A stretch of DNA of 64,000 bases from Thermoleophilia bacterium (GTDB taxonomy: Bacteria; Actinomycetota; Thermoleophilia; UBA2241). The DNA lies in assembly GCA_040776965.1 (NCBI GenBank), contig JAXGZO010000001.1:483498-547497 (forward strand). The letters are read 5' to 3'. The number at the start of each line of letters is the position of its first letter. Positions within the stretch are counted from its first letter, which is position 1. The notes under the pieces are model-generated. The model was not told where the DNA came from and did not search any database. It saw nothing but the letters and a program-made list of their open reading frames with translations. Both the position numbers and the translations under genes were made by a program. Below, one piece after another: positions 35,984 through 45,333 of this stretch.

Positions 35984-38287
35984 TTACTTCAGCTTCACAA
36001 CCCAGATGTCGAGGCCGCCGTTGTTGCCGGCCAGGTCGCCGTTGTTTGAGCAGGCGAAGCCGGCGAGGATGTAGCCCTTGTCGGTGGTTTGGTGGATACT
36101 GCGCGCCTCGTCGTCTTCTGCCCCGCCAAAGCACCGCTGCCACTGAACGCTGCCCTTAGAGGAGAGCTTGGCGACCCAAGCGTCGCCGCCGCCGTGGTTG
36201 CCCCTAACGTCGCCGTCGTTGGAGAAGGTATTGCCGCCGAGGATGTAGCCCTTATCGGCGGTTTGGCGGATGCTCGAGGCGCTCTCCCAGCCCGTTCCGC
36301 CAAGGCATCGCTGCCACTGGACGTTGCCCGTGGAGGAGAGCTTGACGACCCAGGCGTCGCGGCCGCCGCGGTTGTTGACAACGTCGGCATCGCTTGAGGT
36401 GGTGGCGCCGCCGAGGATGTAGCCCTTATCGGCGGTTTGGTGGATGCTCGAGGCGCTCTCCCATTTCGTCCCGCCAAAGCACCGCTGCCACTGGACGCTG
36501 CCCTTGGAGGAGAGCTTCACAACCCAGACGTCGCCGTCGCCGTGGTTGCCCTTAACGTCGCCGTTGTTTGAGGCGGCGTAGCCGGCGAGGATGTAGCCTT
36601 TGTCGGCGGTTTGTTGGAGGCTGTTGGCGCAGTCGTAGCCAGATCCGCCGAGGCATTTCTTCCACTGGACGCTGCCCTTAGAGGAGAGCTTGACGACCCA
36701 AGCATCGCCGTCGCCGTGGTTGCCTTTAACGTCGCCGTCGCTTGAGTGGGTGACGCCGGCGAGGATGTAGCCCTTATCGGCGGTTTGTTGGATGCTGTTG
36801 GCGCAGTCGTAGCCAGATCCGCCGAGGCTGCTCTTCCACTGAACGGCACCTCCGGGCGAGAGCTTCACAACCCAGGCATCGCAGTTGCCACGGTTGCCGG
36901 TAACGTCTCCGTCGCTTGAGTGGGCGAAGCCGGCGAAGATGTAGTCCCTGTCGGCGGTTTGTTGGATGCTGGAGGCGGCTTCCCGGCCCGTCCCGCCAAG
37001 GCACCTCTGCCACTGAACGCTACCCTTGGAGGAGAGCTTGACGACCCAGGCGTCGCAGTCGCCGTGGTTGCCGCTGACGTTACCGTCGGTTGACTCAGTG
37101 TACCCGCCGAGGATGTAGCCGCCGTCGGCGGTTTGGTGGATGCTGTTGGCGCAGTCGTAGTCAGATCCGCCGAGGCACCTCTTCCACTGAACGCTGCCCT
37201 TAGAGGAGAGCTTGACGACCCAAGCGTCGCTGATGCCACGGTTGCCGACCACGTCGCCGTTGCTTGAGCTGGTGGCGCCGGCGAGGATGTAGCCCTTATC
37301 GGCGGTTTGGTGAATGCTGCTCGTCTCGTCGTTATCCGTCCCGCCGAGGCACCTCTGCCACTGAACGCTACCCTTGGAGGAGAGCTTGACGACCCAGGCG
37401 TCGTCGCCGCCGTGGTTGCCCTTAGCATCGCCGTTGTTTGAGCGGGTGGAGCCGCCGAGGATATAGCCCTTATCGGCGGTTTGTTGGATGCTGTTGGCGC
37501 AGTCGTAGCCCGATCCGCCGAGACACTTCTGCCACTGAACGGTACCCGTGGGGGAGAGCTTCACAACCCAGGCGTCGCTGTTGCCCCGGTTGCCCTTAAC
37601 GTCGTTGTCGTTGGAGTACGTGTAGCCGCCGAGAATGTAGCCTTTATCGGCGGTTTGGTGGATGCTGGAGGCGGCCTCCCGGCCCGTCCCGCCGAGGCAC
37701 CTCTGCCACTGAATGTCACCCCTAGAAGAGAGCTTGACGACCCAGGCGTCGCCGTCGCCGTGGTTGCCCTCAGCATCGCCGTCGTTGGACTCGGCGTAGC
37801 CGGCGAGGATGTAGCCGCCGTCGGCGGTTTGGTAGATGCTGTAGATGCCGTCGTTCTCCGTCCCGCCGAGGCACCTCTGCCACTGGACGCTGCCCTTGGA
37901 CGAGAGCTTGGCGACCCAGGCGTCGAGGCCGCCGTGGTTGTCGGCCGCGTCGCCGTCGCTTGAGAAAGTGACGCCGGCGAGGATGTAGCCCTTATCGGCG
38001 GTTTTGTTAATGCTGAGTGCCTCGTCGTAGCCCGTCCCGCCGAGGCACTTCGCCCAAGGGGGCTGGGGGGCGGCGAGTCTGAGAGAAGCCGGTAGATACG
38101 GTGGCTCCGAGGCCGCTCGAGGAGGCGAAGAGGAGAGGGCGCTGAGGCCGAGCGGCATGGCTCCCACCGGCGCAGCCGCAGCGGTAGCGACCGTGGCCAC
38201 TACCGTAATGAAGGCTATGCCGAGGACTACGAGTGCTCGGCGGGCGAGAGCGTGGGTGCGGCGGAGTGGTACGCGATACGACGTCAT
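35984..38287 (-). CDS. Secreted repeat protein, 12 beta-propeller-type (SBBP-like) 58-aa repeats
   Basis: ATG 38285-38287 after AGGAGAAAGGG. Signal-like N-terminus (PLRRTHALARRALVVLGIAFITVVATVATAAAAP). Repeat consensus GNHGxxDAWVVKLSSKGSVQWQRCLGGxxxDxAxSIxQTADKGYILAGxTxSxDGDV. Confidence 0.8.
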   Translation of the reverse strand: MTSYRVPLRRTHALARRALVVLGIAFITVVATVATAAAAPVGAMPLGLSALSSSPPRAASEPPYLPASLRLAAPQPPWAKCLGGTGYDEALSINKTADKGYILAGVTFSSDGDAADNHGGLDAWVAKLSSKGSVQWQRCLGGTENDGIYSIYQTADGGYILAGYAESNDGDAEGNHGDGDAWVVKLSSRGDIQWQRCLGGTGREAASSIHQTADKGYILGGYTYSNDNDVKGNRGNSDAWVVKLSPTGTVQWQKCLGGSGYDCANSIQQTADKGYILGGSTRSNNGDAKGNHGGDDAWVVKLSSKGSVQWQRCLGGTDNDETSSIHQTADKGYILAGATSSSNGDVVGNRGISDAWVVKLSSKGSVQWKRCLGGSDYDCANSIHQTADGGYILGGYTESTDGNVSGNHGDCDAWVVKLSSKGSVQWQRCLGGTGREAASSIQQTADRDYIFAGFAHSSDGDVTGNRGNCDAWVVKLSPGGAVQWKSSLGGSGYDCANSIQQTADKGYILAGVTHSSDGDVKGNHGDGDAWVVKLSSKGSVQWKKCLGGSGYDCANSLQQTADKGYILAGYAASNNGDVKGNHGDGDVWVVKLSSKGSVQWQRCFGGTKWESASSIHQTADKGYILGGATTSSDADVVNNRGGRDAWVVKLSSTGNVQWQRCLGGTGWESASSIRQTADKGYILGGNTFSNDGDVRGNHGGGDAWVAKLSSKGSVQWQRCFGGAEDDEARSIHQTTDKGYILAGFACSNNGDLAGNNGGLDIWVVKLK
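35987..38040 (-). repeat. Coding tandem repeat, period 174 bp, about 12 units
   Basis: The WV[VA]KLS motif recurs 12 times in the translation. Units share long identical DNA stretches. Left and right limits are approximate. Confidence 0.8.
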
Positions 38288-38422
38288 GGCAACCCTTTCT
38301 CCTGCGGTCAAGAACCTCCAACACGCCGTCTTCAAGGCGTACACTTACGAATCTCGTCGATAGGAGAAGTATAGAGGGGGGCGAGGGAGTGGGGCAAGGA
38401 GGAGCGCTGGCCGATGCGCCCC

Positions 38423-40372
38423 CTAGCCCTCCTTCTCGACCGGTACCGTCGCCCCCCGAACGGCCGAGCGCGTGACTGCGGGGTGGGCGGCTTCGCCCGC
38501 CCCGCCGCCCTTGTGCCATCTCAGCAAAAGCGCCGAGTTGAGCACGACGATGAGCGAGCCCGCGTTGTGGACGAGCGCCCCCATGACGGGGTTGAGCACG
38601 GCGGTGATGGCCAGCACGATCGCGACGAAGTTGAGGGTGAGCGAGAAGGTCAGGTTGCACTTGATCGTCGTCATCATCCTCTTCGAGAGGGCGAGGAGGT
38701 GCGGCAGCGTCACGATGTCGTCGTTGACGAGTGCGATATCGGCGGCGTCCACGGCGATGTCGCTGCCCACGCCGCCCATCGCGATGCCCACGTGCGCTTT
38801 TTTGAGCGCCGGGGCGTCGTTAATGCCGTCGCCTATCATGCAGACGTTCTCCCGCTCGCGCTGGCGGGCGTCGATCCAGGCCAGCTTGTCCTCCGGCAGG
38901 CAGTGAGCGTGGACCTCGGCGATCTCGAGCTGCGCGGCGATACGCTGCGCGGCGTTGGTGTGGTCGCCGGTGAGCAAGACGGGCGTTGCGCCCACGGCCT
39001 TGACCCCACGGATCGTGGCCGCCGCGCCCCCGCGCAAGGTGTCCGCGAGGGAGAGGAACCCCGCCACCTCTCCGTCGAGCGCGAGGTAGATCACCGTACA
39101 GCCCTCCTCGATGGAGGCCGCGGCGCTCTGGGAGATGTACTGGGGTAGCTCGATGCCCTCTTGAGCGAGCATCTCCGTGTTACCGGCGAGGATGCGCTCG
39201 CCGGCGAGGGCGGCCTCCACCCCTCGAGCGGGGGTCATGACGAAGCCCTCCACGCTCGGGATCTCCCGCGCGTGTGCGCGTCGGTAACAGGAGACGACCG
39301 CCTTGCCGAGTGGATGCTCGGAGTTGAGCTCCACCGCGGCCGCGCGGAGGTAGAGCTCCTCCTCCGAGAGCCCCTCCTTAAAGCTGTGGAGGGCGGTAAC
39401 CTCCGGGGTGCCGCGCGTGAGCGTGCCGGTTTTGTCGAAGGTGACCCTCGAGACGGAGGCGAGCCGCTCGAGGGCGTCCCCCTCGCGCACGAGGAACCCG
39501 TGTTTGGTGGCGTTGCCGATGGCCGCCACGATGGCGGTGGGCGTGGCCAGTACGAGGGCGCAGGGGCAGAAGACGACGAGAATGGTGACGGCCCGGATGA
39601 TCTCGCCGGTCACCGCCCAGGTGAGCACGGCGGAGAGGAGGGCCGCGGCGACGATCCACGTAGCCCAGCGGTCCGCTACGCCCACGATCTTTGCTTTGCC
39701 CGCGTCCGCGGACTGCACGAGTTTGATCATCCGCTGAATCGAGCTGTTCTCACCCACCCTCGTCGCCCGCATGTCGAAGGCGCCGAACTGGTTGACCGTG
39801 CCGCTGGAGACCTCGTCGCCGACCCCCTTGTCGACGGGGAGGGGCTCGCCGGTCATCACCGCTTGGTTAATAGAGGTTTGGCCGGCGGTGATGACGCCGT
39901 CCACCGGGATCGTCTCCCCGGGGAGCACGCGGAGGAGCTCGCCGACCGCGACGCGCTCCGCCGGGATAACCTCTCCGCGCCCCTGCGTGACTCTACGGGC
40001 TGTCCGCGGCGTGAGGCGCACGAGGCGCTCTATGCCCGCCCTCGCCCGCTCGACTGTAAAGCTCTCGAGTAGCTCCCCGATCTGCATAATGAAGGCGACC
40101 TCGCCGGCGGCGAAGTGCTCCCCAATAACGATAGCGGCGATGAGGGCTAGAGAGACCAAGACGCCCGCCCTGATGTCGAACTCGGTAACGAGGCCTATGG
40201 CCGCCTCGATGACGATGGGAAACCCGCAGAGCACGATCGCTACCCACGCGGGGTCGAAGGGTAGGGGGATAGGGCGGAAGAGGCTGAGCAGGAGGGCGAC
40301 TCCGGAGAGCACGAGAAAGACGATGTTTTTTCGGAGGCCGCCCCACGCGAGGAGCGCTTCGACTGTCTTCAT
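38423..40372 (-). CDS. Heavy-metal (probably Cu+) P1B-type ATPase without an N-terminal HMA domain
   Basis: 649 aa. Transmembrane CPC motif (VVFCPCALVLATP), DKTGTLT, GDGINDAPAL, TGEP. Protein starts directly with hydrophobic helices. Confidence 0.9.
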   Translation of the reverse strand: MKTVEALLAWGGLRKNIVFLVLSGVALLLSLFRPIPLPFDPAWVAIVLCGFPIVIEAAIGLVTEFDIRAGVLVSLALIAAIVIGEHFAAGEVAFIMQIGELLESFTVERARAGIERLVRLTPRTARRVTQGRGEVIPAERVAVGELLRVLPGETIPVDGVITAGQTSINQAVMTGEPLPVDKGVGDEVSSGTVNQFGAFDMRATRVGENSSIQRMIKLVQSADAGKAKIVGVADRWATWIVAAALLSAVLTWAVTGEIIRAVTILVVFCPCALVLATPTAIVAAIGNATKHGFLVREGDALERLASVSRVTFDKTGTLTRGTPEVTALHSFKEGLSEEELYLRAAAVELNSEHPLGKAVVSCYRRAHAREIPSVEGFVMTPARGVEAALAGERILAGNTEMLAQEGIELPQYISQSAAASIEEGCTVIYLALDGEVAGFLSLADTLRGGAAATIRGVKAVGATPVLLTGDHTNAAQRIAAQLEIAEVHAHCLPEDKLAWIDARQRERENVCMIGDGINDAPALKKAHVGIAMGGVGSDIAVDAADIALVNDDIVTLPHLLALSKRMMTTIKCNLTFSLTLNFVAIVLAITAVLNPVMGALVHNAGSLIVVLNSALLLRWHKGGGAGEAAHPAVTRSAVRGATVPVEKEG

Positions 40373-40412
40373 AGGGGAGCTCGTTTCGACGCAGGAGCAG
40401 TGACGAGACGAG

Positions 40413-40436
40413 TATACCCATGCATGTATGGGTATG
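40413..40436. promoter_or_regulatory. CsoR-box-like palindrome upstream of the P1B ATPase
   Basis: TATACCCATGCATGTATGGGTATG. Arms ATACCCAT / ATGGGTAT, 41 nt upstream of the ATPase start. Resembles the ATACCC...GGGTAT type of CsoR operators. Confidence 0.5.
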
Positions 40437-40593
40437 AAAGGGGAAGTAAAGAAAAGTTAACACGGCCGTCTCTCGCCCCTCTCTTTCTTCCTCCGCCCAC
40501 CTCTTGTATACTCCCCCTACCTACGAGGGCCTCCATCACTCGCCCTCAAGGCAGCGTACCGGGGGCTCTCTCTCGCAAAGGGAAGGGGTCGCC

Positions 40594-43047
40594 ATGTCGT
40601 CTCGCACCACACCACTCCACCGCACCCACGCCCTCACCGGTCGCCTCCTCCTCTCCCTTGGTCTCGCCCTCATCGCGGTAGCGGCCATGGCGGCCACAGC
40701 GACGGCTGCGCCGGTGAGCGCCCTCTCCTCATCCCCCTTCGTGGCACCGGAGCCCCCCTACCTACCGGTCTCCCTCAGACTCGCCGTCGCCCCACCCCCC
40801 TGGGCGAAGTGCCTGGGCGGGACGGCTTGGGATGAGGCGACCAGCATCCAACAGACCGCCGACAAGGGCTACATCCTCACCGGCTTCACCTACTCCAACG
40901 ACGGCAACGTCACCGGCAACCACGGCAAGCAAGACGCCTGGGTCGTCAAGCTCTCCTCCAAGGGCAGCGTCCAGTGGCAGAGGTGCCTCGGCGGCTCGGA
41001 GAACGACTACGCCGAGAGCATCCAGCAGACCGCCGAGGGGGGCTACATCCTCGCCGGTTACACCCGCTCCAGCAACGACGACGTCAAGGGTAATCACGGC
41101 AGCTCCGACGCCTGGGTCGTCAAGCTCTCCTCCAAGGGCAGCGTCCAGTGGCAGAGGTGCCTCGGCGGCTCTGAGGCCGACGGGGCTTACAGCATCCGCC
41201 AAACCGCCGACAAGGGCTACATCCTCGCCGGCTACACCTCCTCCAGCAACGGCGACGTCAAGGGCTATCGCGGAGGCGGCGATGCCTGGGTCGTCAAGCT
41301 CTCCTCCAAGGGCAGCGTCCAGTGGAAGAAGTGCCTCGGCGGGACCGGTGAGGACTTCGCCAGCAGCATCCACCAGACCACCGACAAGGGCTACATCCTC
41401 GCCGGCTTCACCTCCTCCAGCAACGGCGACGTCAAGGGCTACCACGGCAACGGCGACGCCTGGGTCGTCAAGCTCTCCTCCAAGGGCACCGTTCAGTGGA
41501 AGAAGTGTCTCGGCGGGACGGACTACGACAAGGCCAACAGCATCCACCAAACCACCGACAAGGGCTACATCCTTGCCGGCTCCACTCTCTCGGATGACGG
41601 CGACGCCATCGGCAACCACGGCAGCTACGACGCCTGGGTTGTGAAGCTCTCCTCCAAGGGCACTATCCAGTGGAGGAGGTGCTTCGGCGGGACGGACTGG
41701 GATAAGGCGGCCAGTATCCACCAAGCCGCCGACGGCGACTACATCCTCGCTGGCTTCACCGCCTCCAACAACGGCGACGTGGCCGGCAACCACGGCGACT
41801 ACGACGCCTGGGTTGTGAAGCTCTCCGCCAGGGGCGCTATTCAGTGGCGGAGCAGCCTCGGTGGGACGGAGCAGGACTCCGCGACCAGCGTCCAGCAGAC
41901 CGCCGAGGGGGGCTACATCCTCGCCGGCTCCACCCGCTCCGACAACGGCGACGTAAGCGGCAACCGCGGCAACAACGACGTCTGGGTCGCCAAGCTCTCC
42001 TCCAAGGGCACCGTCCAGTGGCAGAAGTGCCTCGGCGGGGCGGGTAACGACTACGCGTACAGCATCCACCAAACCACCGACAAGGGCTACATCCTCGCCG
42101 GCGAGACCACCTCCAACAACGGCGACGTCAAGGGCAACCACGGCGACCACGACGCCTGGGTCGTCAAGCTCTCCTCCAATGGCACCGTCCAGTGGCAGAG
42201 GTGCCTCGGCGGCTCGGAGAACGACTACGCGTACAGCATCCGCCAGACCACCGACAAGGGCTACATCCTCGCCGGCTACACCTACTCCAGCAACGGCGAC
42301 GTCAAGGGCAACCACGGCAACGGCGACGCCTGGGTTGTGAAGCTCTCCTCCAAGGGCACCATCCAGTGGCAGAGGTGCCTCGGCGGGTTGGACTGGGATG
42401 AGGCGTACAGCATCCACCAAACCACCGACAAGGGCTACATCCTCGCCGGCTCCACCGGCTCCAACGACGGCGACGTCAAGGGCAACCACGGCAACGGCGA
42501 CGCCTGGGTCGTCAAGCTCTCCTCCAAGGGCAGCGTCCAGTGGAAGAAGTGCCTCGGCGGCTCTGAGGACGACGGAGCCAACAGCATCCGCCAAACCACC
42601 GACAAGGGCTACATCCTCGCCGGCCGCACCTCCTCCAACAACGGCGACGTCAAGGGTAACCACGGCAGCCCCGACGCCTGGGTCGTCAAGCTCTCCTCTA
42701 GGGGCATCGTTCAGTGGCAGAGGTGCCTCGGCGGGTCGGTCTGGGATGGGGCGAACAGCATCCACCAAACCGCCGAGGGGGGCTACATCCTCGCCGGCCG
42801 CACCTCCTCCAACAACGGCGACGTCAAGGGTAACCACGGCAGCTACGACGCCTGGGTCGTCAAGCTCTCCTCTAGGGGCATCGTTCAGTGGCAGAGGTGT
42901 CTCGGCGGGTCGGACTGGGATGCGGCGAACAGCATCCACCAAACCACTGACAAGGGCTACATCCTCGCCGGCTACATCGGCTCCAACGACGGCGACGTCA
43001 AGGGTAACCACGGCAGCCGCGACGCCTGGGTCGTCAAGTTGAAGTAG
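40594..43047 (+). CDS. Secreted repeat protein, 13 beta-propeller-type (SBBP-like) 58-aa repeats; paralogue of 35984-38287
   Basis: ATG 40594 after GGAAGGGG. N-terminus MSSRTTPLHRTHALTGRLLLSLGLALIAVAAMAATATAAP. The codon block GAC GCC TGG GT recurs at 40933, 41107, 41281 ... 43021. Confidence 0.8.
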   Translation: MSSRTTPLHRTHALTGRLLLSLGLALIAVAAMAATATAAPVSALSSSPFVAPEPPYLPVSLRLAVAPPPWAKCLGGTAWDEATSIQQTADKGYILTGFTYSNDGNVTGNHGKQDAWVVKLSSKGSVQWQRCLGGSENDYAESIQQTAEGGYILAGYTRSSNDDVKGNHGSSDAWVVKLSSKGSVQWQRCLGGSEADGAYSIRQTADKGYILAGYTSSSNGDVKGYRGGGDAWVVKLSSKGSVQWKKCLGGTGEDFASSIHQTTDKGYILAGFTSSSNGDVKGYHGNGDAWVVKLSSKGTVQWKKCLGGTDYDKANSIHQTTDKGYILAGSTLSDDGDAIGNHGSYDAWVVKLSSKGTIQWRRCFGGTDWDKAASIHQAADGDYILAGFTASNNGDVAGNHGDYDAWVVKLSARGAIQWRSSLGGTEQDSATSVQQTAEGGYILAGSTRSDNGDVSGNRGNNDVWVAKLSSKGTVQWQKCLGGAGNDYAYSIHQTTDKGYILAGETTSNNGDVKGNHGDHDAWVVKLSSNGTVQWQRCLGGSENDYAYSIRQTTDKGYILAGYTYSSNGDVKGNHGNGDAWVVKLSSKGTIQWQRCLGGLDWDEAYSIHQTTDKGYILAGSTGSNDGDVKGNHGNGDAWVVKLSSKGSVQWKKCLGGSEDDGANSIRQTTDKGYILAGRTSSNNGDVKGNHGSPDAWVVKLSSRGIVQWQRCLGGSVWDGANSIHQTAEGGYILAGRTSSNNGDVKGNHGSYDAWVVKLSSRGIVQWQRCLGGSDWDAANSIHQTTDKGYILAGYIGSNDGDVKGNHGSRDAWVVKLK
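40795..43044 (+). repeat. Coding tandem repeat, period exactly 174 bp, 13 units
   Basis: 13 phased occurrences of the DAW codons at 174-nt steps. Near-60-nt identical blocks occur between units, e.g. 40936-40994 and 41110-41168. Confidence 0.85.
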
Positions 43048-43080
43048 GGAAGAGGCGCCGAGGGCGCGAGCGCGAGCGCA

Positions 43081-43119
43081 CGAGAGGGGCGAGGGGCAGT
43101 ACTGCCCCCGCCCCTCTCG
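43081..43119. terminator. Bidirectional hairpin between convergent genes
   Basis: cgagaggggcgaggggcag-t-actgcccccgcccctctcg, between the stop at 43047 (+) and the stop at 43121 (-). Confidence 0.6.
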
Positions 43120-43120
43120 C

Positions 43121-43396
43121 TTACCCCATATTAGAGAAGCGCTGCACCGCCTTGGCGAAGCTCTCGATCGTCTTGTCGGCGTCGCCGTGCTCGATGCCGT
43201 CGCGGACGCAGTGCTTAATGTGGCCCTCAAGTACGACCTGGCCCGTGCGGTGAAGCGCGGACTTCGCGGCGTTGATCTGGGAGAGTACATCTTCGCAGGG
43301 AACGTCTTCGTCGATCATGCGATCGATCGCCTGCACCTGCCCGATGATCTTTTTGAGTCGACGGTGGAGGTTGTCGACGTCCATGCATCTCTTCAC
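43121..43396 (-). CDS. csoR: CsoR/RcnR/FrmR-family metal-sensing repressor
   Basis: 91 aa, DUF156-type sequence RLKKIIGQVQAIDRMIDEDVPCEDVLSQINAAKSAL...EGHIKHC (C-H-C ligand pattern). GTG start after GGAGG. Confidence 0.85.
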   Translation of the reverse strand: MKRCMDVDNLHRRLKKIIGQVQAIDRMIDEDVPCEDVLSQINAAKSALHRTGQVVLEGHIKHCVRDGIEHGDADKTIESFAKAVQRFSNMG

Positions 43397-43499
43397 AACG
43401 TCACCTCCGGAGTAGCTGCATGTGTGATTTACCGAGGAGAATACCCCGATTCCCGGTGCGAGGGAAGCGCGCAGAGGGTCGGCGTGGGGGAGGTGCTCG

Positions 43500-44219
43500 C
43501 TACAGGGTGTGGTGCTCGCCGAGGGTGCTGAGCTGAGCTCGGCGGGCGCGATGGTCTGGGAGGATGCGCTCCACGTGGCGCCAAAAACGGCGGCTATGGT
43601 TGGGCTCGAGCAGGTGGGCGAGCTCGTGCACCACGACGTAATCGATCAGCGCCGGTGGCTGCAAGATGAGGCGCCAGTGAAAGCTGAGTGTGCCGGCGCG
43701 GCTATGGCAGGTCGCCCAGCGCCGGGAGCCGAGATCCCGCACCACGATCTCGCCCGGCGTGACGCCGAGGAGTGGGGCGTAGTGGCTCACGCGGTCGGCG
43801 AGTCGCGGGGCGGCGCGCTGGGTGTACCAGGCCACGAGGGCCGCGCGCCGCTCGTCGGCGTTGAGCGCGCGGTCCAGCTCGAAGCGCCCCTTGGTGAGCC
43901 CTACGGGCTTGCGGGGGCCATCCACCACGACCAGTTGATGCTCGCGCCCCAAGTACGAGAGGCGCTCACCCTCCAGGAGCCGCTTGGGTTGCGGGGGTGG
44001 GCCCAGCGCTTTGAACTCGTCGAGTTTGCGGTGGATCCAGGGGAGTTTACTGCGGAGAGCCTTCGTGAGGGTGTCCGCCGAGGCGCCTACGGGCGCGGCG
44101 ACCTTAAGGGAGCCGTCGCGCGCTACCGAGATGCCGATGCTGCGCCGCGTGCTCCAGCGGACGGCGAAGACGAGGTCGTCGACGGTGAGTGAGTCGGCCT
44201 GAGGGGGTGTGCGGCGCAT
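43500..44219 (-). CDS. YgjP-like M48/DUF45 metal-dependent hydrolase
   Basis: HELAHLLEPNHSRRFW motif near the C-terminus. ATG at 44217-44219; an alternative GTG lies at 44234. Confidence 0.8.
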   Translation of the reverse strand: MRRTPPQADSLTVDDLVFAVRWSTRRSIGISVARDGSLKVAAPVGASADTLTKALRSKLPWIHRKLDEFKALGPPPQPKRLLEGERLSYLGREHQLVVVDGPRKPVGLTKGRFELDRALNADERRAALVAWYTQRAAPRLADRVSHYAPLLGVTPGEIVVRDLGSRRWATCHSRAGTLSFHWRLILQPPALIDYVVVHELAHLLEPNHSRRFWRHVERILPDHRARRAQLSTLGEHHTL

Positions 44220-44232
44220 CGGTGGTGGATAC

Positions 44233-44264
44233 ACAAAGGGCGGCCCATCGGGGCCGCCCTTTGT
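44233..44264 (-). terminator. Hairpin downstream of cspA
   Basis: acaaagggcggccc-atcg-gggccgccctttgt, 31 nt after the cspA stop. No strong U-tract. Confidence 0.5.
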
Positions 44265-44294
44265 GATAAAGGTGCTTTAAGATGCCTGATCGGC

Positions 44295-44498
44295 TTAGAT
44301 CTTGCGGACGTTGCTCGCCTGCATCTTGCCGTTCTGGCCCTGCGTGACGTCGAACGAGACTCGGTCGCCTTCGTCGAGGGTCTTGAAACCCTCGGCCTGG
44401 ATCTCGCGGAAGTGAACGAAGAGATCGTCACCATCCTCCCGAGAGATGAAGCCGTAGCCTTTAGCCGCGTTGAACCACTTGACGGTACCTTCTGCCAT
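44295..44498 (-). CDS. cspA: Cold-shock protein
   Basis: 67 aa. [30 protein letters not shown] carries the RNP1/RNP2 motifs. Confidence 0.95.
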   Translation of the reverse strand: MAEGTVKWFNAAKGYGFISREDGDDLFVHFREIQAEGFKTLDEGDRVSFDVTQGQNGKMQASNVRKI

Positions 44499-44689
44499 TT
44501 TGACGCATCCTTTTCCGCCCCGCAGGGGCTTTAACAAAGCAGTGAGACTCTCGCATTTCGCCCCGAAAGACGGGAGAAGAGGTGAAGCCGCACCGCAAAC
44601 TCGTGGATCACATTCTGATCCATGTGGAGTAGTGTAAACGAATTCGCAGGAAAAGTCGCGTCGGGGTGAGTGACTGTACTATAAGGGCG

Positions 44690-45106
44690 ATGGATATGCG
44701 CTTCGACAGCTATGAGAAACTCGGTCTCAGCCGCGCAAAAATTCTTCGTATTCTGCTCGTCGTCTACTCCGCGGGCAGTATCGTTATCGCGCTTCCGCTG
44801 GCCTTTTCCCTCGCGTACGCCGGTAACCTCGCGGCGACCACCTCGGGCAAGATTCTCGCCGCTGCGTTGCTCGCGCTCGCCTTCGGCGCGGTTGTGGCCG
44901 CGCGGGACCCGTGGCAGCATCGTCTCGTCATCCAGATCATCATCGTCTTTATGGTGCTCGCGGCGGTGTCTATCGCTATACGGCTGCTGATCGGCGCGCA
45001 CCCCAACGACCCGGCACGTCCGCTCCTCCCGATCGCCGTTGCGGGCCCCGTCCTCTTCGCGATCTTTTACCCGCAGCCGCCCGATGGCGGCTCGCCCTCG
45101 TCGTAG
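44690..45106 (+). CDS. Hypothetical four-helix membrane protein
   Basis: Hydrophobic segments (ILLVVYSAGSIVIALPLAF, ILAAALLALAFGAVVAA, VIQIIIVFMVLAAVSIAI, LLPIAVAGPVLFAIF). Start choice is uncertain (GTG 44666 or ATG 44690). Confidence 0.5.
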   Translation: MDMRFDSYEKLGLSRAKILRILLVVYSAGSIVIALPLAFSLAYAGNLAATTSGKILAAALLALAFGAVVAARDPWQHRLVIQIIIVFMVLAAVSIAIRLLIGAHPNDPARPLLPIAVAGPVLFAIFYPQPPDGGSPSS

Positions 45107-45333
45107 AGCCGCCCTCGGCGTGAGGGTCGCCGCCCTCGGCGGCGGTGGGTGAGGTGATCGATGTCGCAAACAGCAATCGCTCCGAGCGCTTGTGAACTGG
45201 ATGCTGCTGCTCCCCAAAGAGCGCGATCTGCCCTAGGTGTGTTCAACAGTTCGGCGCTTCCCTCGGCGCTCTTGACGCTCCGCACCTTACGCAAAGAGAC
45301 CCCGGCGTAGCCGAGGTCTCTGGTGTGTCCTTC

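Noticed and set aside
35987-43044. Regular 174-bp periodic repeats considered as a possible CRISPR or other non-coding array.
   Set aside because: The units are contiguous with no spacers, lie inside long ORFs, and encode a conserved 58-aa motif.
40762-43290. 842-aa minus-strand ORF and several 200-270-aa ORFs overlapping the 40594-43047 repeat gene; the same pattern occurs around 35984-38344.
   Set aside because: The 174-bp repeat simply lacks stops in other frames, so they stay open. Only the annotated frames have a signal peptide, a ribosome-binding site and a propeller-like consensus.
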